Assembly: GCF_000007825.1 (NCBI RefSeq)
Contig: NC_004722.1
Location: 818,882 to 842,881 of the forward strand
Source: Bacillus cereus ATCC 14579
Lineage (GTDB): Bacteria > Bacillota > Bacilli > Bacillales > Bacillaceae_G
DNA length: 24,000 nt
Reading direction: 5' to 3'
How positions within the stretch are numbered: position 1 is the stretch's first letter; the number at the start of each line of letters is the position of its first letter. Below the pieces are notes generated by a model, which saw only the letters and a list, made by a program, of their open reading frames with translations, was not told the DNA's origin and searched no databases. The position numbers were made by a program, and so were the translations under genes. Of this stretch, positions 7,436 through 14,170 are shown piece after piece.

Positions 7436-7891
7436 ATGAAAATCTGTAATGCAGTGACGAGTGATGTGAAAGAAATTTATAGTCTTATTGAGGTTTATGC
7501 AAAAGAGGGAGTTGTTTTACCACGTTCTCTTTTGTCTCTTTATCAATATTTGCAATGTTTATATGTTATGAAAGAAGATGAGAGAATTGTTGGAGTTGCT
7601 GGATTGCATGTATTAGGAGAAGATCTTGCAGAAATACGATCGTTAGTAGTTTCGCATACATATGCAGGGAAAGGGATAGGGCGTATGCTCGTAAATCATG
7701 TAATGGAGGAAGCTACGAAAATAAATGTAAGAAGAGTAATTTCCTTAACATATGAAACAGTATTTTTTCAAAAGTGTGGATTTGATTTTATAAATAAAGA
7801 AGCGTTGCCAGAGAAAGTATGGATTGATTGTAGACATTGTCCAAAGGTGGATTATTGTGATGAAGTGGCGATGGTGCGGTATGTTAGATGA
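7436..7891 (+). CDS. GNAT-family N-acetyltransferase resembling the acetyltransferase domain of N-acetylglutamate synthase (short, single-domain NAGS-like)
   Basis: 151 aa. It is collinear by eye with the ArgA C-terminal GNAT domain ('IVGVAGLHVLGEDLAEIRSLVV...YAGKGIGRMLV...FFQKCGF...LPEKV'). The C-terminal Cys cluster is 'CRHCPKVDYC'. RBS AAGGGGA. Confidence 0.65.
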   Translation: MKICNAVTSDVKEIYSLIEVYAKEGVVLPRSLLSLYQYLQCLYVMKEDERIVGVAGLHVLGEDLAEIRSLVVSHTYAGKGIGRMLVNHVMEEATKINVRRVISLTYETVFFQKCGFDFINKEALPEKVWIDCRHCPKVDYCDEVAMVRYVR

Positions 7892-7909
7892 AAATTTTAT
7901 AGAGAAAAA

Positions 7910-7942
7910 GTTCCCACTATTATTTACATATATAGTGGGAAC
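7910..7942. terminator. Bidirectional terminator between the GNAT gene (+) and the SDR gene (-)
   Basis: GTTCCCACTAT-n11-ATAGTGGGAAC (11-bp perfect stem). There is an A-run on the 5' side. The T content on the 3' side is modest. Confidence 0.65.
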
Positions 7943-7971
7943 ATATATTTCCATAAGAAATGGACAGGTTA

Positions 7972-8742
7972 TTAAGAATTTGAATTCTTTTGTCTCACGG
8001 CAAAATTATAAAGTGGATCTTTAAGTTCATAGTTATACGTTAAACCGTCGACAATTCCTACAACTTTATCATTATCATAAAGGTCGAGCATAAATTGTGC
8101 CATTTGTTTTGCAGTGTGGAATTTTGGTACAACATTATCATATTGGAATTCATCAATATCAAATGAACGCTTCGCAAATTCTGTTTCAGTTGCAGCAGGA
8201 GCTAAAACTTTTGCTTGCAGTTTTGCGCCTTGTTCTTTCAGTTCGTGAGACAGCCCTTCTGTAAATGCACTTACATAGAATTTCGTAGCGCAATACGTAA
8301 CAGCATCAGCAACAATTGTGTATCCGCCGCCCGATGAAACGTTAATAAGCTGTGTTCCATCAATCATTGAATAATCTCGAACGAAAAGAGAAGAGAGTAT
8401 TGTTAGTGCTTCTATATTGACATGCAACATCGTCTCTATTTTATTTAAATTTTGTTCAGCAATTGAGGCGAAATTACCAAAACCTGCGTTGTTAATCCAC
8501 GTTTCAATTTGAAAAGCTTGTAGGCTTTCATAAAGTTTATAAACATCTTCAGTCACAGATAAATCAGTTTTTCGAATGACAACATCCAACTCAGGATGCA
8601 TTTCGTTAATTTTCAATTTTAATCCGTTTAATTCTTCTTGTCTTCGAGCTACAAGTACTAAATTTTTTCCGCGAGATGCAAATGCTAAAGCTGCTGCATA
8701 ACCAATTCCGGAACTTGCGCCAGTAATAACCGTGTATTTCAT
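7972..8742 (-). CDS. Short-chain dehydrogenase/reductase (classical SDR)
   Basis: 'TGASSGIGYAAA' cofactor motif, 'NNAG' and catalytic 'YCATKFYV' (YxxxK). I place the start at the Met of 'MKYTVITG' because the RBS AGGGGGA lies 6 nt upstream. Confidence 0.9.
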   Translation of the reverse strand: MKYTVITGASSGIGYAAALAFASRGKNLVLVARRQEELNGLKLKINEMHPELDVVIRKTDLSVTEDVYKLYESLQAFQIETWINNAGFGNFASIAEQNLNKIETMLHVNIEALTILSSLFVRDYSMIDGTQLINVSSGGGYTIVADAVTYCATKFYVSAFTEGLSHELKEQGAKLQAKVLAPAATETEFAKRSFDIDEFQYDNVVPKFHTAKQMAQFMLDLYDNDKVVGIVDGLTYNYELKDPLYNFAVRQKNSNS

Positions 8743-8779
8743 ATAAAATCCCCCTAAATTCAAATTCATTTATGGTTAG

Positions 8780-8810
8780 ATTGTATTTGTTAGAGTATAC
8801 TCTAAGTCAA
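8780..8810 (-). promoter_or_regulatory. MerR-type promoter (TTGACT-19 bp-TACAAT) with a perfect 16-bp palindromic operator in the spacer, driving the SDR gene
   Basis: Read on the minus strand: TTGACT (8810-8805), a 19-nt spacer, then TACAAT (8785-8780). The palindrome TTAGAGTATACTCTAA (8790-8805) fills the spacer. This is the architecture of MerR-activated promoters. Confidence 0.75.
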
Positions 8811-8876
8811 ACGTTTTTTATAAATTTGATACGGTTATAAAATATATGAGGGTAAGCATGTGAAGGGAGTTTTAGT

Positions 8877-9236
8877 ATGTACACAATTAGCGAGGTAGCA
8901 AAATTATTAGGCGTGAGCACACATACACTACGTTATTATGAAAAGGAAAATATATTAATTGCAAATCGTGATACAAATGGAAATCGACTTTACGAAGAGT
9001 CACATATAAAGTGGTTGCAGTTTGTAATGAAATTAAAACAAACGCAAATGCCAATAGCGAAAATAAGAGAATACGCTAGATTATATACAGAAGGGGAGTA
9101 TACAACAGAAGCTCGTTTACAGCTCCTAGAAGATCATAGGAAATCTATTCAGATTCAAAGAGAAAACTTAGAAGTTACAGAGAAGATGCTTGAGAATAAA
9201 ATTCGTGCATACAAAAGCTCATTGGAAAATAAATAG
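8877..9236 (+). CDS. MerR-family transcriptional regulator (minimal: HTH plus coiled coil, no Cys)
   Basis: N-terminal 'YTISEVAKLLGVSTHTLRYYEKENIL' MerR HTH. 119 aa. Divergent from the SDR gene. Confidence 0.9.
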   Translation: MYTISEVAKLLGVSTHTLRYYEKENILIANRDTNGNRLYEESHIKWLQFVMKLKQTQMPIAKIREYARLYTEGEYTTEARLQLLEDHRKSIQIQRENLEVTEKMLENKIRAYKSSLENK

Positions 9237-9449
9237 ATGGTTGTTATGTGATGAAAAATGGATTTGATCTATGAGTATTTCATCATGGTGTGCGGATAAA
9301 TAAAAAAGAGCAGCTAGCAAAAGCTAACTGCTCCATTCAAGGGATCTCTCCAAGGGGGAGTGGAGAAAATATTATGTTACTAGCAGTATTGACAGATTAT
9401 TAAGAAATATACAAATCAGATGAAAGAAATTTTAAATAAACTTTCGGCA

Positions 9450-9479
9450 TTGACAGTTTTTAAAATGTTCATGTACAAT
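9450..9479 (+). promoter_or_regulatory. SigA promoter TTGACA-18-TACAAT upstream of the SMR pair
   Basis: -35 at 9450-9455 and -10 at 9474-9479. It is immediately followed by operator copy 1. Confidence 0.6.
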
Positions 9480-9484
9480 ATATA

Positions 9485-9501
9485 TGAATGACATTCAGTC
9501 A
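9485..9501 (+). promoter_or_regulatory. 17-bp operator copy 1 (TGAATGACATTCAGTCA)
   Basis: Fits TGA-n-TGA-yak-TCA-k-TCA. It lies 5 nt downstream of the -10. Confidence 0.7.
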
Positions 9502-9616
9502 TTTTTATGTGACAGGATGCAGTTAGCTTAGAAATGGAACAAATACAATGGTAAATGAGGATGATAGTTGTTTTTATATAGTATTGATGAAAGAGTATAT
9601 TTTTTTAAAACAAAAA

Positions 9617-9633
9617 TGACTGATAGTCAGTCA
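9617..9633 (+). promoter_or_regulatory. 17-bp operator copy 2 (TGACTGATAGTCAGTCA), perfect palindrome abutting the SMR RBS
   Basis: Same motif. It ends 2 nt before the RBS AAGAGGTGAGAGG of the first SMR gene. Confidence 0.7.
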
Positions 9634-9648
9634 TAAGAGGTGAGAGGT

Positions 9649-9993
9649 ATGAAAAATAGAGCATGGTTATATGTCATATTAACATGTATCTTTGAAATTT
9701 TTTGGGTGTTTGGTTTTAATACGGCTAATACTTGGTGGCATTGGATTATTATTTTAGGAGTTATCGCTGTTGATTTTCACTTCCTTTCTAAAGCGTGTGA
9801 ACATCTTGCAACAGGGACTGTATATGCTGTTTTCGCCGGAGCTGGTACGGTAGGTACTTTCTTAATGGATGTATTTCTTTTCGGCGGAAGTTTCAGTGTA
9901 GGGAAGTTATTTTTTATCGTGATGGTTGTAGCTGGCGTTATCGGTTTAAAGCTAGCTGATAATAAAGAAGAAACTGTGGAAGGAGCTGCTTAA
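9649..9993 (+). CDS. Small multidrug resistance (SMR) family protein, subunit A of a paired SMR transporter
   Basis: Four TM helices with the membrane-embedded Glu in TM1 ('CIFEIFWVFG'). I take the ATG at 9649 because the RBS AAGAGGTGA lies 6-8 nt upstream. It is followed 2 nt later by a second SMR gene. Confidence 0.85.
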   Translation: MKNRAWLYVILTCIFEIFWVFGFNTANTWWHWIIILGVIAVDFHFLSKACEHLATGTVYAVFAGAGTVGTFLMDVFLFGGSFSVGKLFFIVMVVAGVIGLKLADNKEETVEGAA

Positions 9994-9995
9994 AA

Positions 9996-10310
9996 ATGGG
10001 TTGGTTTTTCGTATTTTGTGCTGCAATTAGTGAAATAGTCGGTGTGATAGGACTTAAAATGTATAGTAAAGATAAGACATTAGCCAATGGTGCGATTTAT
10101 ATCGGTGGGTTTGCTACATCCTTCGCATTTTTGTATACTTCCTTCTTATTTTTACAAGTAAGTGTCGCATATGCGGTTTGGATTGGTATCGGAACAGCAG
10201 GTGCAGTTTTGTTAAACATGTTCTTGTTTGGTGAGTCGAAAAGTAAAGCGCGTATCATTAGTGTGTTTCTTATTGTATGTGGAGTGACAGGATTAAAGGC
10301 ACTTTCTTAA
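9996..10310 (+). CDS. Small multidrug resistance (SMR) family protein, subunit B of a paired SMR transporter
   Basis: 104 aa with four TM helices and the conserved TM1 Glu ('AAISEIVGVIGLK'). It is tightly coupled to the preceding gene. Confidence 0.85.
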   Translation: MGWFFVFCAAISEIVGVIGLKMYSKDKTLANGAIYIGGFATSFAFLYTSFLFLQVSVAYAVWIGIGTAGAVLLNMFLFGESKSKARIISVFLIVCGVTGLKALS

Positions 10311-10327
10311 AGATATATTGCATTTTT

Positions 10328-10356
10328 ATCTCCTAATTGTTTATTAGGAGATTTTA
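10328..10356 (+). terminator. Rho-independent terminator after the SMR pair
   Basis: ATCTCCTAAT-tgttt-ATTAGGAGAT (10-bp perfect stem) followed by TTTTATT. Confidence 0.85.
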
Positions 10357-10393
10357 TTATAAAAAAATGAGTTCCTCTTAGAGTTCACTATCA

Positions 10394-10421
10394 TTGACAG
10401 TACAATCGATTATCTTATAAA
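10394..10421 (+). promoter_or_regulatory. SigA promoter TTGACA-16-TATAAA of the TetR gene
   Basis: -35 at 10394-10399 and -10 at 10416-10421. Operator copy 3 starts 2 nt downstream. Confidence 0.6.
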
Positions 10422-10422
10422 A

Positions 10423-10439
10423 TGAGTGACAGTCATTCA
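10423..10439 (+). promoter_or_regulatory. 17-bp operator copy 3 (TGAGTGACAGTCATTCA), autoregulatory site
   Basis: Same TGA-n-TGA-yak-TCA-k-TCA motif, between the -10 and the tetR RBS. Confidence 0.7.
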
Positions 10440-10461
10440 ATATGCGTGTGAAAGGGTTTAG

Positions 10462-11040
10462 ATGATGAATAAAAAAGAGAAAATTGTCTATGCAGCTATT
10501 GAAGTGTTTCAGGAAAAGGGCGTCGAAAAAACGAAGATTTCTGATATCGTGAAATTAGCTGGCATTGCGCAAGGAACTTTCTATTTATATTTTCCTTCTA
10601 AGCTATCTGTTATGCCTGCAATAGCAGAAGTGATGGTTGAAAAGATGATACTTGCAGTGAAAGAAAAAGTACAAAAAGATGTACCTTTTTCAAATAAAGT
10701 GGCACAAGTAATCGATGCGGTGTTTCACTTTATAGAGGAATACCGTGAAATACAAGCTTTAATGTATGCAGGTCTTGCATCTACTGAACATATAAAAGAG
10801 TGGGAAGCTGTGTATGAGCCTCTTTATATGTGGTTAAGCGAATTTTTAAGTGAGGCGAAAGAAGCCGGTGAAATTCGTGATTCGGTTCACGCAGAGCGAA
10901 CAGCGAAGTTATTTATCGCTCTTGTTGAATCAGCAGCGGAACAAGTTTATTTATATGATCATAAAGATGATGAGCAAGTGGATTTGCAAAAGGCAGAAGT
11001 ACTAGATTTTTTAACACATGCACTACATATAAAGAAGTAG
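10462..11040 (+). CDS. TetR/AcrR-family transcriptional repressor
   Basis: N-terminal TetR_N HTH ('AAIEVFQEKGVEKTKISDIVKLAGIAQGTFYLYFPSK'). 192 aa. It lies between two efflux loci. Confidence 0.9.
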   Translation: MMNKKEKIVYAAIEVFQEKGVEKTKISDIVKLAGIAQGTFYLYFPSKLSVMPAIAEVMVEKMILAVKEKVQKDVPFSNKVAQVIDAVFHFIEEYREIQALMYAGLASTEHIKEWEAVYEPLYMWLSEFLSEAKEAGEIRDSVHAERTAKLFIALVESAAEQVYLYDHKDDEQVDLQKAEVLDFLTHALHIKK

Positions 11041-11044
11041 TAAG

Positions 11045-11076
11045 ATGAACCTGTCTGAAAAGGTAGGTTCATTTTT
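11045..11076 (+). terminator. Rho-independent terminator of the TetR gene
   Basis: ATGAACCT-n12-AGGTTCAT followed by TTTTT. Confidence 0.8.
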
Positions 11077-11085
11077 GAGGAAAAC

Positions 11086-11102
11086 TGAATGATAGTCATT
11101 CA
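11086..11102 (+). promoter_or_regulatory. 17-bp operator copy 4 (TGAATGATAGTCATTCA), perfect palindrome upstream of the MFS pump
   Basis: Same motif, 10 nt after the tetR terminator and 150 nt before the MFS start codon. Confidence 0.7.
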
Positions 11103-11252
11103 CCTAATACTTATGTATGTGTAGAAGGATAGAGTGAAATTCTAATGAGTGGAGGCATCCTCACTCATTACTAGCCCGCAAAGAGCAGGATAAAGAAAAA
11201 GCTTCTTGGGTATTATTTTTTGAGAGGAACTTATGGGAAGAGGTGTTAAAAA

Positions 11253-12455
11253 GTGAAGAAACCGATAAAAGAACAAAAGATGGTATTGGTTATTCTTTTG
11301 AGTAATATATTTATCGCTTTTTTAGGGATTGGATTAATCATTCCGGTTATGCCGTCCTTTATGAATGATATGCATTTAACAGGGAAGACGATGGGATATC
11401 TCGTTGCAGTGTTTGCAATGGCACAGCTCATTACTTCACCTATTACAGGCCGATGGGTTGATCTTTACGGTAGGAAGAAAATGATAATCATTGGATTATT
11501 TATTTTTGGTGTTTCAGAGCTTCTTTTTGGATTAGGAAAAGATGTGTGGATGCTTTATGTGGCAAGGGTATTAAGCGGAATTAGTGCTGCTTTTATTATG
11601 CCTGGTGTTACGGCATATGTTGCGGATATTACATCTATTCAGGAACGTCCAAAGGCGATGGGATACTTATCTGCGGCTATTAGTACTGGATTCATTATAG
11701 GGCCTGGAATCGGCGGATTTATTGCAGAATACGGTATACGTGTGCCGTTTTTCGTTGCAGCAGCAATTGCTTTTATAGCATGTGTGATTTCAATCTTTAT
11801 TTTAAAAGAACCGTTAACGAAAGAAGAACTTGCAGAGATTTCTTCTAATACGAAAGAATCAAGTTTTATTGGTGATTTAAAGAAATCATTACATCCAATG
11901 TATGCAATTGCATTTATTATCGTATTTGTACTCGCATTCGGATTATCGGCGTATGAAACTGTGTTTAGCTTATTCTCAGATCATAAATTTGGTTTCTCGC
12001 CGAAAGATATTGCAGCAATTATTACAATCAGTTCAATCTTTGGGGTAGTTGTGCAAGTATTTATGTTTGGCAAATTGGTAGACATGTTCGGTGAGAAAGT
12101 ATTAATTCAAATATGTTTAATTGTAGGTGCAGTATTAGCATTCGTCTCAACTGTAGTCTTTAATTATTGGATTGTACTTCTCGTTACTTGCTTCATTTTC
12201 TTAGCATTTGATTTACTTCGTCCAGCTTTAACGACGTTTTTATCAAAAGCAGCTGGAAAAGAGCAAGGATTCGTTGCTGGAATGAACTCGACTTATACGA
12301 GTTTAGGAAATATCGCAGGACCAGCGATGGGCGGAATATTATTTGATATGAATATTCATTATCCATATGCATTTTCAGGAGTTGTTTTAATAGTTGGTCT
12401 CGGCATTACATTTATGTGGAGAGAGAAACAGTTGGCTGAGAGTTTTGCGAAGTAA
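11253..12455 (+). CDS. MFS (DHA1, 12-TMS) multidrug efflux transporter, Bmr/Blt/NorA-like
   Basis: 400 aa with 12 predicted TMS. MFS motif A 'GRWVDLYGRKKM' lies between TM2 and TM3, and the 'GPGIGGFI' antiporter-type motif lies in TM5. GTG start with RBS GGAAGAGGTG. Confidence 0.85.
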   Translation: MKKPIKEQKMVLVILLSNIFIAFLGIGLIIPVMPSFMNDMHLTGKTMGYLVAVFAMAQLITSPITGRWVDLYGRKKMIIIGLFIFGVSELLFGLGKDVWMLYVARVLSGISAAFIMPGVTAYVADITSIQERPKAMGYLSAAISTGFIIGPGIGGFIAEYGIRVPFFVAAAIAFIACVISIFILKEPLTKEELAEISSNTKESSFIGDLKKSLHPMYAIAFIIVFVLAFGLSAYETVFSLFSDHKFGFSPKDIAAIITISSIFGVVVQVFMFGKLVDMFGEKVLIQICLIVGAVLAFVSTVVFNYWIVLLVTCFIFLAFDLLRPALTTFLSKAAGKEQGFVAGMNSTYTSLGNIAGPAMGGILFDMNIHYPYAFSGVVLIVGLGITFMWREKQLAESFAK

Positions 12456-12456
12456 T

Positions 12457-12486
12457 AAAACCCCTTACGACGGTAAGGGGTTTTTG
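12457..12486. terminator. Bidirectional terminator between the MFS gene (+) and the HxlR gene (-)
   Basis: AAAACCCCTTAC-gacg-GTAAGGGGTTTT perfect stem, with an A-run on one side and a T-run on the other. Confidence 0.9.
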
Positions 12487-12488
12487 TT

Positions 12489-12827
12489 TTATAAACTTAA
12501 TCCAAACCGTTTTAATTCAATAAAAATCCCCTCTAATTGCTTTCCTTTATCCGTTAATGTGTACTCTACACGAGGCGGAACTTCTGGATATACTTTTCTC
12601 GTTATAATGCCTTGAGATTCTAATTCCTTTAGTCGAAGCGATAATGTTTTTGGACTAATCCCATCCATTGATTTTTGTAAATCACTAAAGCGTAATGTTC
12701 CTTCGATAAGAAGATCACGAATGATTAAAAATGTCCATTTTGTACTAATTACATCAAGCGTTTTAGCGATAGGACAAGGTATGCCAGGTAAACCTTTCGT
12801 TAATTCAACTGGATCTATATTGTTCAT
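12489..12827 (-). CDS. HxlR/DUF24-family (MarR-like wHTH) transcriptional regulator with a single Cys
   Basis: 'CPIAKTLDVISTKWTFLIIRDLL' and 'RFSDLQKSMDGISPKTLSLRLKELESQGIITRKVYPEVPPRVEYTLTDKG' are canonical HxlR signatures. I place the start at the Met of 'MNNIDPVE' because GGAGG lies 8 nt upstream. Confidence 0.9.
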   Translation of the reverse strand: MNNIDPVELTKGLPGIPCPIAKTLDVISTKWTFLIIRDLLIEGTLRFSDLQKSMDGISPKTLSLRLKELESQGIITRKVYPEVPPRVEYTLTDKGKQLEGIFIELKRFGLSL

Positions 12828-12996
12828 GGAACAAGCCTCCATAAAATTTTTTTGGATGAATTTGCTTTATAGTATCACAAAACTATACTTTTGGTAACTA
12901 TATGAAAAAAATATCACTACTTCCATAAAGGAAGTTAGTGCATATACAATAGTAATACGAAACATAAAGGATTTATATGAGGAGGTGGTGATTTCC

Positions 12997-13536
12997 ATGG
13001 GGATAAAAAAGTTATTTGGATTCCTTAGTTTGTTTGTTATTTGTATTGTGCTTGTAGCATGCGGCGCGGAACAAAAAGGTGAAGTTCAGTTATTAAAAGA
13101 AATGCCAAGGCCAAAAGCAATGACAATTGATCCCTCACTAAGTAAAAAAGAAGCGACAGAAATGGTTCATGCGGCGCAGCGTTTTTATGCATTTTGGGAT
13201 ACAGGTAAGGAGGAACTTATTCCGCAAACTGTTACTGAAAATTTTTTCGATAATACATTGCCGAAAGGGCGACCACAAGGCATTGAAGGATTAAAGTTTG
13301 CAGCGCAAAATTTTCGTAAAGTTGTGCCTGATATACATTGTGAGATTGAAGACTTATTAGTTGTTGGTGATAAAGTAACAGCCCGTCTTTCTTTTACAGG
13401 AACGCATAATGGTAAGAAAATTAATTTTTTTGCAATTGATATTTTACATGTGAAAGACGAAAAGATAACGGAAGATTGGCATTTAGAAGATAATCTTACA
13501 CTACAGCAGCAACTCGGCTTAATAGCCGAAGAGTAG
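12997..13536 (+). CDS. SnoaL-like 'ester cyclase' family lipoprotein
   Basis: Signal peptide with lipobox 'LVAC|G'. The mature part has the ester-cyclase/SnoaL pattern ('...DIHCEIEDLLVVGDKVTARLSFTGTHNG...EDWHLED'). The ATG at 12997 has the RBS GAGGAGGTG 9 nt upstream. Confidence 0.7.
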   Translation: MGIKKLFGFLSLFVICIVLVACGAEQKGEVQLLKEMPRPKAMTIDPSLSKKEATEMVHAAQRFYAFWDTGKEELIPQTVTENFFDNTLPKGRPQGIEGLKFAAQNFRKVVPDIHCEIEDLLVVGDKVTARLSFTGTHNGKKINFFAIDILHVKDEKITEDWHLEDNLTLQQQLGLIAEE

Positions 13537-13559
13537 ATCATATAGGGGAGAGAAAAACG

Positions 13560-14108
13560 ATGAAAAATATATTTATTATAAATGGACATGAAAAATACGG
13601 TACAAAGGAAGGACGATTAAATAGAACGTTAGTAGATTATATGGTTACTGTATTAGGCGAGAATCATCATGTGAAAACAACAACGATTCAAGATGGTTAC
13701 AATATTAAAGAAGAACAAGATAAGTTTTTATGGGCCGATGTTGTTATTTATCAAACACCGATTTATTGGTTTAGTGTACCGGGCTTATTTAAAACGTATA
13801 TGGATGAAGTATATGAATACGGTTTGTTCTTTAAAGGTGCAGATGAATATGGAACAGGTGGTTTATTAAAAAAGAAAGAGTATATGTTCTCTACAACTTG
13901 GAATGCACCTGAAAAAGCATTTGGAGATAAGACAAAGTTCTTTGAAGGAGAAAGTTTAGAATCAGCGCTTAGTCATTTACACCGCGTGCAAAAGTTTCTC
14001 GGTATGAGTCCGTTAAAGAGTTTTGCTTGTTATGATGTGGTGAAGAATCCGGATATAGAGAAGTTTTTAGTGAACTTGAAAGATCATTTAGATGGAGTAA
14101 TTAAATAA
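13560..14108 (+). CDS. mdaB: NADPH:quinone oxidoreductase, MdaB (flavodoxin_2) family
   Basis: Collinear by eye with E. coli MdaB across the whole length ('IFIINGHEKY...G.LN.TL', 'FLWADVVIYQTPIYWF', 'GTGGLLKKKEYMFSTTWNAP', 'FLGM.PL..F'). Confidence 0.75.
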   Translation: MKNIFIINGHEKYGTKEGRLNRTLVDYMVTVLGENHHVKTTTIQDGYNIKEEQDKFLWADVVIYQTPIYWFSVPGLFKTYMDEVYEYGLFFKGADEYGTGGLLKKKEYMFSTTWNAPEKAFGDKTKFFEGESLESALSHLHRVQKFLGMSPLKSFACYDVVKNPDIEKFLVNLKDHLDGVIK

Positions 14109-14118
14109 TAGTATGTGA

Positions 14119-14156
14119 AGAAGGTACTACTAAGGATGTAGTACCTTCTCCTTTTA
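14119..14156. terminator. Bidirectional terminator between mdaB (+) and the SgrR-like gene (-)
   Basis: AGAAGGTACTAC-taaggat-GTAGTACCTTCT stem followed by CCTTTT. Confidence 0.8.
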
Positions 14157-14170
14157 TAAAAACTCACACT

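Noticed and set aside
9374-9403. Mini-ORF MLLAVLTDY with a good RBS (GGAGTGGAGA, 8 nt upstream) in the MerR-SMR intergenic region.
   Set aside because: It lies upstream of the only good promoter I can find for the SMR leader, has no obvious promoter of its own, and is too short to evaluate without conservation data. It is mentioned only as context for the 9237-9648 finding.
9237-9648. Possible guanidine-I (ykkC) riboswitch upstream of the paired SMR genes, because ykkC/ykkD-type SMR pairs are classic guanidine exporters.
   Set aside because: I could not find the conserved ykkC blocks (GGGTTCCG / GGTCCGAGAG / ACGGCGGGA-type sequences) on either strand. The locus instead has a TetR gene and repeated TetR-type operators, which points to protein-mediated drug regulation.
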